Positions 1-7,669 of a stretch of DNA of 34,575 bases are shown here, in pieces (position 1 is the stretch's first letter; each line of letters starts with the position of its first letter). The notes beneath the pieces were generated by a model. That model searched no databases and had not been told where the DNA came from. It worked only from the letters and a program-made list of their open reading frames with translations. The position numbers and the translations under genes are program-made. The DNA is from Candidatus Nomurabacteria bacterium RIFCSPLOWO2_12_FULL_44_11 (GTDB lineage: Bacteria > Patescibacteriota > Minisyncoccia > Phycocordibacterales > UBA9973). The DNA is taken from contig MFVU01000015.1 in assembly GCA_001787125.1 (NCBI GenBank), positions 19,992 to 54,566 of the forward strand. The letters are read 5' to 3'.

Positions 1-129
1 TTTTTTGGTCATGTTCAGCCCTTCGACAACAATTTTGCCCTCGCGCGGCAAAGCCCGGACAACTTTTCCTTTTTTGCCTTTATCTTTGCCTGTGATTATT
101 ACTACATTGTCTCCCTTTTTGATTTTCAT
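1..129 (-). CDS. rplX: 50S ribosomal protein L24, N-terminal part (runs off window)
   Basis: Manual translation [39 protein letters not shown] (KOW motif); follows rplN. Confidence 0.96.
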   Translation of the reverse strand, partial: MKIKKGDNVVIITGKDKGKKGKVVRALPREGKIVVEGLNMTKK

Positions 130-131
130 AA

Positions 132-211
132 ATATGATACCAATATGCTAATTTTTACTAAAGATACGAATTTTATTTGTATAATTGGTAGTCATTTGTA
201 TATTTGTATCG
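132..211. repeat. Degenerate AT-rich short repeats forming an imperfect inverted repeat between rplN and rplX
   Basis: ATACCAAT/ATGCTAAT/TTACTAAA/ATACGAAT followed by ATTTGTAT/ATTGGTAG/ATTTGTAT/ATTTGTAT. Confidence 0.5.
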
Positions 212-583
212 TTAAATGACTTCGGGGGCCAAAGAAATGATCTTCTGGAAGCCCTTCTCCGCAAGCTCACGGGGAATCGGCCCGAAGATACGCCCCGCCT
301 TCGGGTCCATCTTATCTTTTTCTAATATAACTACCGCGTTGTCGTCAAAGCGAATATAAGAGCCATCCTTTCGCCGATAGGCATTCATGGTGCGAACAAC
401 CACCGCCTGATGCACGTCTTTCTTTTTTACCATTTTACGAGGGCTCGCAACTTTGACGGAAATAACCACCAAGTCGCCGATAGTAGCATAACGTTTCTTG
501 GAAGAGCCAAGCACTTTGAAAACGGCCCCAATGGTGCCCCCAGCGTTGTCTGTAATTTTTACTAAACTTCGTGGCTGAATCAT
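212..583 (-). CDS. rplN: 50S ribosomal protein L14
   Basis: MIQ...DNAG...RKDGSYIRFDDNAVV...RIFGPIPREL...SLAPEVI. Confidence 0.98.
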   Translation of the reverse strand: MIQPRSLVKITDNAGGTIGAVFKVLGSSKKRYATIGDLVVISVKVASPRKMVKKKDVHQAVVVRTMNAYRRKDGSYIRFDDNAVVILEKDKMDPKAGRIFGPIPRELAEKGFQKIISLAPEVI

Positions 584-587
584 AGCT

Positions 588-827
588 TTAAATTACTCTA
601 AACTTTTTGTCTTTACTAATAGGCCTGGTTTCAACAATTTCCACAGTGTCTCCGATTTTATATTTATTTTCGGGGTCGTGTGCTTTATATTTTTTGTTTA
701 TTTTATAATACTTTCCGTAAAGCGGGTGCTTGACGAAGCGCGACACCGAAACCACAATGGTCTTATCCATTTTATCTGAAACCACTACTCCCTTCAATGC
801 ACTTCTTTTGGATTTTTCTTTGGTCAT
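588..827 (-). CDS. rpsQ: 30S ribosomal protein S17
   Basis: [14 protein letters not shown]...HPLYGK...ETRPISKDK. Confidence 0.98.
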   Translation of the reverse strand: MTKEKSKRSALKGVVVSDKMDKTIVVSVSRFVKHPLYGKYYKINKKYKAHDPENKYKIGDTVEIVETRPISKDKKFRVI

Positions 828-828
828 T

Positions 829-1017
829 TTATTTTTGATTTATCGCGGTTAAAACCCGGGCGATGTTTTTTCTTAAAGCTAAACTTTCCTTGACATTTTT
901 TGACTTGGCGCCTTCCGTTTTAAACCTAATCACTCGCAGGTCCTCCCGCAGAGCCACAAGCTTTTTCGAGAGTTCGTCCTGGCTTAATTCTCTTAAATTT
1001 TCCTTTTTCTTTGACAT
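829..1017 (-). CDS. rpmC: 50S ribosomal protein L29
   Basis: LRELS..EL...LR..RF...RKNIARVLT; located between rplP and rpsQ. Confidence 0.95.
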   Translation of the reverse strand: MSKKKENLRELSQDELSKKLVALREDLRVIRFKTEGAKSKNVKESLALRKNIARVLTAINQK

Positions 1018-1028
1018 CGTTACTAGAA

Positions 1029-1457
1029 TTATTTATGCACTCGAGCCACCACGCGGCCTTTAATCGGGAGTTTAGTGCCGGCCTTGCGGAGCGCCTCCCG
1101 AGCAACGGTCTCTTCGACTCCGTCCACTTCGAAAATAATCCGCCCGGGAAAAACCTCGACGCAGTAGCCCTGCGGGTCGCCCTTGCCTTTGCCCATGCCC
1201 ACTTCGGCGGCTTTGGCGGTATAGGGACGGTCGGGAAAGACACGGATCCAATACTTGCCGGCTTTGGTTAAGGTTCGGGCGATAACTTTGCGGGCGGACT
1301 CGAGCTGGATGGACTTAATTCGCGCGTCCGTCTCCGCTTTCAGGCCAAAAGATCCGAAGGCTAGTTTGATGCCGCGTGTATCGGGCGAGATGGTCTTCCG
1401 ATTAATGCGCTTGGTCTGCCACTTCCTAAATTTTACTTTTTTTGGTAAAAGAGCCAT
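1029..1457 (-). CDS. rplP: 50S ribosomal protein L16
   Basis: LLPKKVKFRK...WIRVFPDRPYT...MGKGKG...GRIIFE...KLP. Confidence 0.98.
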   Translation of the reverse strand: MALLPKKVKFRKWQTKRINRKTISPDTRGIKLAFGSFGLKAETDARIKSIQLESARKVIARTLTKAGKYWIRVFPDRPYTAKAAEVGMGKGKGDPQGYCVEVFPGRIIFEVDGVEETVAREALRKAGTKLPIKGRVVARVHK

Positions 1458-1463
1458 GGTTTT

Positions 1464-2159
1464 TTAATTTCCGCCAAGGGCGGATCCGCCTCGGGCGGAA
1501 TTTTTTTCCGCGAAGATCTTGCCGCGATAAATCCAAACCTTGACCCCAATGGTGCCATAGGACATAATGGCGCGTTCTCTTTTAAAATCAATGTCCGCGC
1601 GGAAGGTCTGCAGCGGGATAGAGCCGCGCTTGAGCTCCTCGGTGCGGGCAATATCGGCCCCGCCCAGGCGCCCGGCGAGTAATATGCGCGCGCCCTCCAC
1701 ACCTCGGGCCGCCATGACCTTCTCCATTATTTGCTTGATAACTCTGCGGTAGGGCATCCGTTTTTCCAGTCCTTCGGCAACCATGTAGGCCACGATTGCG
1801 GCATCGGCTTCCGGATTTCCTACTTCCACGATCTCTAGTTTGAAATCTTCCGGTCGGGGAATTTTCAAACTGTCCATTTTTCTTAAAATTGCTTCTTTTA
1901 GTTTGGCGGCGCCCTCCCCGCTTCGTCCGATAATGAGTCCCGGTCGCGAGGTTCGAATGATAAAGCGAGTGGCTTTGCGACTTCTCTCAATTTCAATTGA
2001 GGAAACATACAGTCCGCGCAGTTTCTTCTCTAAATATTCGCGAACCAGAACATCTTCTTTTAAATAGGCAACATATTTTTTTGGATCGGCAAACCAGCGG
2101 GACTTCCAATCTCGGAGCTGAATCAATCTATGCGCGTATGGATGAACTATCTTTGACAT
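1464..2159 (-). CDS. rpsC: 30S ribosomal protein S3 (C-terminal tail encoded by a palindromic element)
   Basis: HPYAHRL...WKSRWFA...RPGLIIGRSG...GRLGGADIARTE...PLQTFRADID...GTIGVKVWI. Confidence 0.98.
   Translation of the reverse strand: MSKIVHPYAHRLIQLRDWKSRWFADPKKYVAYLKEDVLVREYLEKKLRGLYVSSIEIERSRKATRFIIRTSRPGLIIGRSGEGAAKLKEAILRKMDSLKIPRPEDFKLEIVEVGNPEADAAIVAYMVAEGLEKRMPYRRVIKQIMEKVMAARGVEGARILLAGRLGGADIARTEELKRGSIPLQTFRADIDFKRERAIMSYGTIGVKVWIYRGKIFAEKNSARGGSALGGN
1469..1500. repeat. Double-hairpin palindromic element, copy 1
   Basis: TTCCGCC-AAG-GGCGGA-TCCGCC-TCG-GGCGGAA; near copy at 34219-34249. Confidence 0.85.
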
Positions 2160-2167
2160 AAATGTTT

Positions 2168-2253
2168 AATTTCTAAATTCGAATATCGAAATCCTAAACT
2201 TTCTTTTTTAATTTGGTAATTTTTTCGGATTTCGTTTTTCGTGCTTCGGGTTT
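2168..2253. repeat. Heptamer-periodic imperfect inverted repeat overlapping the rplV 3' end
   Basis: TTCTAAA TTCGAAT ATCGAAA TCCTAAA ... TTTCGGA TTTCGTT TTTCGTG CTTCGGG. Confidence 0.6.
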
Positions 2254-2577
2254 GGCTTGTTCTGCAAGAATAAGCGTAATGTTGCTGGTGCGCTTGTTAA
2301 TGCGATGACCGCTGCCCATGGCTGCCGGCATCATTCTTTTCATGGTAACGCCCTGATTTACCAGAAGTTCTTTGATCATCAAATTTTCTTTGTCCACGCC
2401 GGCTTGCTTGGCATTGGCTACGGCGGAAAGTAAAAGTTTTTTAAGCGGCAATCCGGCGCGCTTTGCCAAGAAGTCGAGCTCGGCAATCGCCTGTGGCACG
2501 CTTCGGCCCTTGATCACATTGGCGACCAAGCGGACTTTCCTAGGTGACTGTCTGTAATTTTTTAAAAATGCTCGCAT
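2194..2577 (-). CDS. rplV: 50S ribosomal protein L22
   Basis: Start moved to ATG 2577 (MRAFLKNYRQSPRKVRLVA); SAVANA and INKRTSNIT motifs. Confidence 0.97.
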   Translation of the reverse strand: MRAFLKNYRQSPRKVRLVANVIKGRSVPQAIAELDFLAKRAGLPLKKLLLSAVANAKQAGVDKENLMIKELLVNQGVTMKRMMPAAMGSGHRINKRTSNITLILAEQAKPEARKTKSEKITKLKKKV

Positions 2578-2602
2578 GTAAGTTATAAAGTTTGTAAAGT
2601 AA

Positions 2603-2965
2603 TTATTTGGCGGCAGGGGCGGCTTTAATGCCCGCGCCTGTTTGCGCAGTTGCTGCTTGCGCCTGCGCAATTTCCGCTTCCTTTTTCGCTTGCTCGAGCT
2701 CTTTCTGCATGCGTCCGCCGTGCTTGATAAATTTCTTGGTTGGGGAAAATTCCCCCAAGCGATGCCCGACCATGTCTTCCGTCACTAAAACTTCGATGTG
2801 AGTTTTTCCGTTATAGACGCCAAAAGTGAACCCAAGCATATCGGGAGAAATTTGGCAGGCACGGTTCCACGTCTTGACCATGGGGGTCTTCATTGGATCG
2901 CGGCCGGCGATCTTTTTCAAAAGCCGTTCGTCCGTGTATATTCCTTTCTTTATTGAGCGTGTCAT
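2603..2965 (-). CDS. rpsS: 30S ribosomal protein S19 with Ala-rich C-terminal extension
   Basis: Start ATG 2965 MTRSIKKG; VYNGKTH...MVGHRLGEFSPT. Confidence 0.97.
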   Translation of the reverse strand: MTRSIKKGIYTDERLLKKIAGRDPMKTPMVKTWNRACQISPDMLGFTFGVYNGKTHIEVLVTEDMVGHRLGEFSPTKKFIKHGGRMQKELEQAKKEAEIAQAQAATAQTGAGIKAAPAAK

Positions 2966-2997
2966 ATAAAAACGAGCTCGCAATGGAGCTTGAAAAC

Positions 2998-3025
2998 ATA
3001 CTAGCAAATAAGGTTAAAAAGTCAA
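2998..3025 (-). promoter_or_regulatory. Putative sigma70 promoter restarting transcription at rpsS
   Basis: TTGACT-16 nt-TAGTAT with TG extended -10. Confidence 0.55.
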
Positions 3026-3026
3026 A

Positions 3027-3064
3027 CAAAAAGAATGGGGGGAAACGATGGATTGTTTCCCCCC
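3027..3064 (-). terminator. Intrinsic terminator
   Basis: GGGGGGAAAC/GTTTCCCCCC 10-bp stem followed by ATTCTTTTTGTTT on minus strand. Confidence 0.8.
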
Positions 3065-3379
3065 TTTCGTGCACGATGGTGACTAGCACCACTGGAGGAC
3101 TGTTAGGCCTCCTTTTTGTGGGAGCGCTGAGGTGGCTCCGCATGACCCTTGGGGCTATGGGGACCCCATCCCGGCTCTTGGAAAATACTAACTCTGACTA
3201 GCATTTACCATGAGCACCAACGACTTGGTTGAGGAACACTAGGGCGATTCCTCTTTACCCTTGGAGCGGAATTTTCATCACGACTCCCAGCGACTCGGCC
3301 ACTCGGCCGAGAGAACGGAGTGACTTCCACCATGCCCTAGATGGCCACCGTCATAGAGTACCCTCCCTTCTCTTTCCAT
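3027..3379 (-). ncRNA. Candidate structured non-coding RNA of unknown family
   Basis: Own promoter and terminator, GC-rich, about 8 stems, G-U pairs favouring minus strand, loop-loop complementarity CUAGGGC/GCCCUAG. Confidence 0.55.
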
Positions 3380-3384
3380 TTAGG

Positions 3385-3412
3385 AATATAGTCCTTTTAA
3401 AAAATAAATCAA
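3385..3412 (-). promoter_or_regulatory. Putative sigma70 promoter of the rplB-rpsS intergenic unit
   Basis: TTGATT-16 nt-TATATT. Confidence 0.5.
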
Positions 3413-3428
3413 CTAAAAAAGTGAATAA

Positions 3429-4271
3429 CTATTCTTTCTTGCCGGACTTGCGTCGGTGGGAGACAATAAATATATTCGAGTATTTTTTCGGAGTGCGGGT
3501 CTTGCGTCCGCCGGTAACTTTGCCCCACTTGGTCTTCGGGCGCTTGATACCGCGGCCTTGGCGGCCCTCACCCCCTCCGTAGGGATGGTCCACCGGGTTC
3601 ATAGCCGTGCCGCGCACCGTCGGGCGAATGCCTTTCCAGCGGCTACGCCCGGCCTTGCCGAAATTCTGCAAATGATACTCTTCGTTCGAGACAACCCCGA
3701 CGGAGGCCCAGCAATTTTCATTTATTTTGCGGATTTCAGTGGAAGGCATCTTCAAATTTGTGTAGCCCTCGGCATTTGCCACCACTTGGGCAAAAATTCC
3801 CGCGGAGCGGCCAATCTTGGCGCCGCCTTGCGGCTTTATTTCAATATTGTAAACAAAAGTTCCGACCGGAATATTTTTCAGAGGCAAGCGATTGCCCGGG
3901 TTAAGTTCTGCTTTTTCGGAAACAATGAAAGAACTTCCCGGCTTGACTGATTTTGGTAAAACCACATATCTTTTCTCTCCATCCTTGTAGATAGCAAGTC
4001 CGATGAAAGCGGAGCGGTTCGGATCGTATTCGACGGAAGTTATCCTAGCCGGGATATCGCGCTTGTTATAGAGAAAATCCACGTCGCGGTACAGGCGCTT
4101 GTGCCCGCCACCCTTATGCCGCATGGTAATGCGGCCGGCGCTGTTGCGACCCACGCTACGCCGGAAACCGTGAAGAAGCGACTTGGTCGGCTCCGTCTGA
4201 GAAAGAACTCCGCGGTAAGTCACATGGGTCATTTGTCGCCTGGATTTACTTGTAGGTTTGTATGATTTCAT
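3429..4271 (-). CDS. rplB: 50S ribosomal protein L2
   Basis: GRNSAGRITMRHKGGGHKR, EYDPNRSA, RPTVRGTAMNPVDHPYGGGEG. Confidence 0.99.
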   Translation of the reverse strand: MKSYKPTSKSRRQMTHVTYRGVLSQTEPTKSLLHGFRRSVGRNSAGRITMRHKGGGHKRLYRDVDFLYNKRDIPARITSVEYDPNRSAFIGLAIYKDGEKRYVVLPKSVKPGSSFIVSEKAELNPGNRLPLKNIPVGTFVYNIEIKPQGGAKIGRSAGIFAQVVANAEGYTNLKMPSTEIRKINENCWASVGVVSNEEYHLQNFGKAGRSRWKGIRPTVRGTAMNPVDHPYGGGEGRQGRGIKRPKTKWGKVTGGRKTRTPKKYSNIFIVSHRRKSGKKE

Positions 4272-4541
4272 TTAGATAAATTCTATTTTGTCTCCTTCTT
4301 TTAAATACACAAGCGCCTTGCGACCGCCGCCTTTGGTAAAAGGCACGCCGCGGACTTTCGTGTTCTTTTTGGGAACTTTGGCCACATTGACCCGCACCGG
4401 TTTTACTTTGTAGATGGCAAAGATCGCTTTTCTAATTTCGTTCTTGCTTGCTTTATCGGCCACATCAAAAGTGTAAACGTTGCCTTCCAGCAGGTTGGAC
4501 GCTTTTTCGGTAATTCTCGGATTTTTAATTATCTGGTTCAT
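4272..4541 (-). CDS. rplW: 50S ribosomal protein L23
   Basis: PRITEKA...YTFDV...ASKNEIRKA...KALVYLKEG. Confidence 0.96.
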   Translation of the reverse strand: MNQIIKNPRITEKASNLLEGNVYTFDVADKASKNEIRKAIFAIYKVKPVRVNVAKVPKKNTKVRGVPFTKGGGRKALVYLKEGDKIEFI

Positions 4542-4544
4542 TAA

Positions 4545-4567
4545 TGCGTGTTACGTGTTACGTGCTT
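4545..4567. repeat. Tandem heptamer repeat (RCGTGYT)
   Basis: GCGTGTT ACGTGTT ACGTGCT; related arrays at 5234-5267 and 17727-17749. Confidence 0.7.
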
Positions 4568-5227
4568 TTATCCTCGGCTGGCTAAAAATTTAACACTCTC
4601 TTCCGGGTTTTCTATTAAAAGGTATTTGTGGTTTAAAACATCCAATGGATTGAGGTTTTTTAAAAAAGAAATTTCGAGGGTAGAAATATTGCGCAAACTT
4701 TTTTCGGCATTTGGATTGCGCTCGTAAAGAGCTGTTAAAATCCTCGGCTTTCTGCTCTTCTTGCCGGCATCAAATTTCAGAACTTTCGCCAAACTCTTTA
4801 TAACTTCCACGCCGGTTTTTGTTTTGATCGGGGTTATATTAAGAGAATCTACAAAAATTATTTCCTCGTCTTTCATTTTCTTAGAAAGCACGGAGAATAA
4901 TGCTTGGGCGCGCATTTTTTTGGAAATTTTTCGCTTGTAATTTTTCTCCGCCAAAGGGCCATGGGTTACCCCACCGCCTACCCAGATCGGGCTCCTTGAG
5001 GAGCCGTGACGGGCTCGGCCGGTACCTTTTTGTTTCCATGGTTTGCGACCACCGCCGCGGACTTCGCTGCGATCTTTGGTGTCTGCAGTGCCGGCACGTT
5101 TATTGCTTCGCATGCTCTCCACTACTTGGTGCACCAAATCCGCGCGCCATTTAACGGCAAAAACTTTTGCCGGTAGATTGATCTCCCCTGACTCCTTCCC
5201 TTTTTGATTGTAAATTTTTGCATCCAT
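4568..5227 (-). CDS. rplD: 50S ribosomal protein L4
   Basis: TKDRSEVRGGGRKPWKQKGTGRARHGSSRSPIWVGGG. Confidence 0.98.
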   Translation of the reverse strand: MDAKIYNQKGKESGEINLPAKVFAVKWRADLVHQVVESMRSNKRAGTADTKDRSEVRGGGRKPWKQKGTGRARHGSSRSPIWVGGGVTHGPLAEKNYKRKISKKMRAQALFSVLSKKMKDEEIIFVDSLNITPIKTKTGVEVIKSLAKVLKFDAGKKSRKPRILTALYERNPNAEKSLRNISTLEISFLKNLNPLDVLNHKYLLIENPEESVKFLASRG

Positions 5228-5233
5228 TTTTTT

Positions 5234-5267
5234 TGTTGCGTGTTGCGTGTTACGTGCTATGTGTTAC
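5234..5267. repeat. Tandem heptamer repeat
   Basis: GCGTGTT GCGTGTT ACGTGCT ATGTGTT. Confidence 0.7.
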
Positions 5268-5833
5268 CTGCTCACTATTTCCACTAATGTGCCTCGGCGG
5301 CCGGTTATCGCCCCTTTGACTAAAAGTAAATTATTTTCCGGGTCCACAAATACTACTTTCAGATTTTTCTGGGTAATGCGGTCTCCGCCCATGCGGCCAC
5401 CCATGCGCATACCGGCCGGCACGTGAGTTCGCAACCCGCCGCCGATCGAACCCGGCTCGCGTTCCGAATGTTTCTGGCCGTGCGTTCGGGGCCCGCCGTG
5501 GAATCCATGGCGCTTGACCACCCCCTGAAAACCCTTACCTTTGGAGATACTCGAGACCTGAAGCTTGTCGCCTGGCGCAAAGACGGAAACATCGATGGTG
5601 TCTCCTTTTTTTGCTTCACTTTTATCCCCGGGCTTCAGCCGGAATTCTTTAATCTTTTCTTTCTTTCCCAAGGTGAAGCCCACCTGCACGGAATCGTAGC
5701 CATCCTTGGCTTTCTCGAAAATGTGTTTAACTTTCACCGGCCCGGCGGTTACGACCGTCACGGGAACAACTTCCCCCTCGGGGGTAAAATATTCGGTCAT
5801 TTCTTCTTTTGTTCCTAAAATAAACTTTACCAT
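5264..5833 (-). CDS. rplC: 50S ribosomal protein L3 (short form)
   Basis: SKGKGFQGVVKRHGF...HG...REPGSIG...RMGGRMG...LLVKGA. Confidence 0.97.
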   Translation of the reverse strand: MVKFILGTKEEMTEYFTPEGEVVPVTVVTAGPVKVKHIFEKAKDGYDSVQVGFTLGKKEKIKEFRLKPGDKSEAKKGDTIDVSVFAPGDKLQVSSISKGKGFQGVVKRHGFHGGPRTHGQKHSEREPGSIGGGLRTHVPAGMRMGGRMGGDRITQKNLKVVFVDPENNLLLVKGAITGRRGTLVEIVSR

Positions 5834-5838
5834 AATTT

Positions 5839-6273
5839 CTAAAGCATTTTCACGTCAATATCAACTCCGGAGGGCAGTGAAAGGTTCGTAAGCGCTTCGA
5901 TGGTTTTCTGATTGGGATTGATGATATCAATTAATCTTTTGTGCACGCGAATTTCAAATTGTTCTCGCGTATTTTTGTAAATGAACGCAGAACGATTGAC
6001 GGTATATTTTTTGATCTCGGTTGGCAGGGGTACGGGACCGACGATAGTGGCATCGTAGCGGGTAGCTGTATCCATAATCTGTTTCACCGAGGCATCCAGA
6101 ATTTTGCTCTCGTAAGCACGAACCCGGATGCGCAAAATCACCTTGGTCTCTTCCCCCGCCGGCTTCTTTTTTTTTTTGAAAACAATTTTTGGCTTGGCGG
6201 ATTTCGCCCCAACCTTCACCGGAGTCCCGACTTTGGTCGGGAGTTTCTTGGTTTTTGTTTCTTTCATTACCAT
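5839..6273 (-). CDS. rpsJ: 30S ribosomal protein S10 with ~40-aa basic N-terminal extension
   Basis: LRIRVRAYE...GPVPLPT...REQFEIRVHKRLIDI...LPSGVDI. Confidence 0.96.
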   Translation of the reverse strand: MVMKETKTKKLPTKVGTPVKVGAKSAKPKIVFKKKKKPAGEETKVILRIRVRAYESKILDASVKQIMDTATRYDATIVGPVPLPTEIKKYTVNRSAFIYKNTREQFEIRVHKRLIDIINPNQKTIEALTNLSLPSGVDIDVKML

Positions 6274-6276
6274 GTA

Positions 6277-7467
6277 TTACCCGAGAATTTTTGTGACTAC
6301 TCCCGCACCTACCGTCTTACCACCTTCGCGAACAGCGAATCTTTGCTGTTCCTCGAGCGCCACCGGAGTAACCAATTTAACCGTTATTTTAACTGTGTCT
6401 CCCGGCATTACCATCTCTGTGCCCTCGGCAAGTGTTACGTCGCCGGTCACGTCTGTAGTTCGGATGTAGAACTGCGGCTTGTAACCTTTGAAGAATGGGG
6501 TGTGGCGTCCGCCTTCCTCTTTTTTCAAAATGTAAATCTCGGCCGTAAAGTTATCATGCGGAGTAGTTGTTCCTGGTTTACAAAGAACTTGTCCGCGAGT
6601 GATATCTTCTTTCTTTAGACCGCGAAGCAGGACTCCGGCATTGTCGCCGGCCATACCTTCCTGCAAGTTCTTGTTGAACATTTCGATTCCGGTAACAGTC
6701 GTCTTTTGAGTTGGTTTGATACCGACCACTTCCACGTCTTCACCGACTTTCACGATGCCTCTCTCGATTTTACCGGTTACAACTGTGCCGCGACCTTCAA
6801 TCGAGAAAATATCTTCAACCGGCATAAGGAATGGCTTGGCAGTATCACGAACTGGGATAGGAATGTAAGTATCAAGCGCATTCACGAGCTCGAGAACTTT
6901 CTTAGCCCATTCGTCATCAACTGATTTGGATTCCAGGGCTTTCAGGGCAGAGCCACGGATAACCGGGCAGTCCTTATCAAAGCCTTGTTTAGCTAGCAAT
7001 TCGCGAATTTCCTCTTCAACGAGGTCGATCATGTCTTTGTCATCAACCATGTCGCACTTGTTTAAGAAAACAATTATCTTCGGCACACCAACTTGCTTCG
7101 CAAGCAAAACGTGCTCCCTGGTCTGCGGCATGGCGCCGTCAGTCGCCGCCACCACCAGCACCGCGCCGTCCATCTGCGCCGCGCCGGTAATCATGTTCTT
7201 AATGTAATCCGCGTGCCCCGGAGCATCAATGTGAGCGTAGTGACGAGTGTCCGTAGCGTACTCGTTGTGAGAAATGTTAATAGTGATTCCTCGGGCCTTT
7301 TCTTCCGGAGCGTTGTCAATTTGGTCAACACCTCGAAGGCGAACTGTCTTGCCTGCCATGTTTAACACATGGAGGATTGCCGCGGTTAAAGTAGTTTTAC
7401 CATGGTCCACGTGACCGATAGTGCCTACGTTAATGTGCGGCTTATCTCTTTTAAATTCTTCTGCCAT
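6277..7467 (-). CDS. tuf: Elongation factor Tu
   Basis: [49 protein letters not shown]. Confidence 0.99.
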   Translation of the reverse strand: MAEEFKRDKPHINVGTIGHVDHGKTTLTAAILHVLNMAGKTVRLRGVDQIDNAPEEKARGITINISHNEYATDTRHYAHIDAPGHADYIKNMITGAAQMDGAVLVVAATDGAMPQTREHVLLAKQVGVPKIIVFLNKCDMVDDKDMIDLVEEEIRELLAKQGFDKDCPVIRGSALKALESKSVDDEWAKKVLELVNALDTYIPIPVRDTAKPFLMPVEDIFSIEGRGTVVTGKIERGIVKVGEDVEVVGIKPTQKTTVTGIEMFNKNLQEGMAGDNAGVLLRGLKKEDITRGQVLCKPGTTTPHDNFTAEIYILKKEEGGRHTPFFKGYKPQFYIRTTDVTGDVTLAEGTEMVMPGDTVKITVKLVTPVALEEQQRFAVREGGKTVGAGVVTKILG

Positions 7468-7634
7468 ATAATTTCTCCGCCAGCTGGCGGACTTTAATAA
7501 TGAGGACCCAGCGTACGAGAACCAGTCACTAAGGCCTAATTACTAACTACGTTAAAAACATTAATAATATCTAGTGTTTTTATGATTTTTTACAAAAAAG
7601 CAATAGAAAAACTGCCAAAAGTGCAGTTATTATT

Positions 7635-7662
7635 ATATTAGCAGATTACGAAACGTTGTCAA
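7635..7662 (-). promoter_or_regulatory. Putative tuf promoter
   Basis: TTGACA-16 nt-TAATAT with TG extended -10. Confidence 0.55.
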
Positions 7663-7669
7663 ATAGGGC

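Noticed and set aside
1433-1702. Alternative-frame ORF ending PPEADPPLAE
   Set aside because: Out-of-frame reading of rpsC and its palindromic element.
3151-3332. tmRNA-like GGGGCT...TCCACCA on the plus strand, or RNase P (GAGGAA)
   Set aside because: Only ~180 nt, no GTTCRA T-loop, and no GAGGAAAGTCC or matching P4 partner.
2811-3582. ORFs 2811-3143, 2893-3201 and 3229-3582
   Set aside because: They overlap rpsS, rplB or the terminator, lack recognisable motifs and are better explained by GC-rich structured sequence.
4545-5267. CRISPR array
   Set aside because: 7-bp tandem units without spacers; no cas genes and no 25-45-bp spaced repeats seen in the window.
5941-6618. 225-aa plus-strand ORF and similar antisense ORFs over fusA, rpsG, nusG and rplS
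   Set aside because: Shadows of conserved minus-strand genes.
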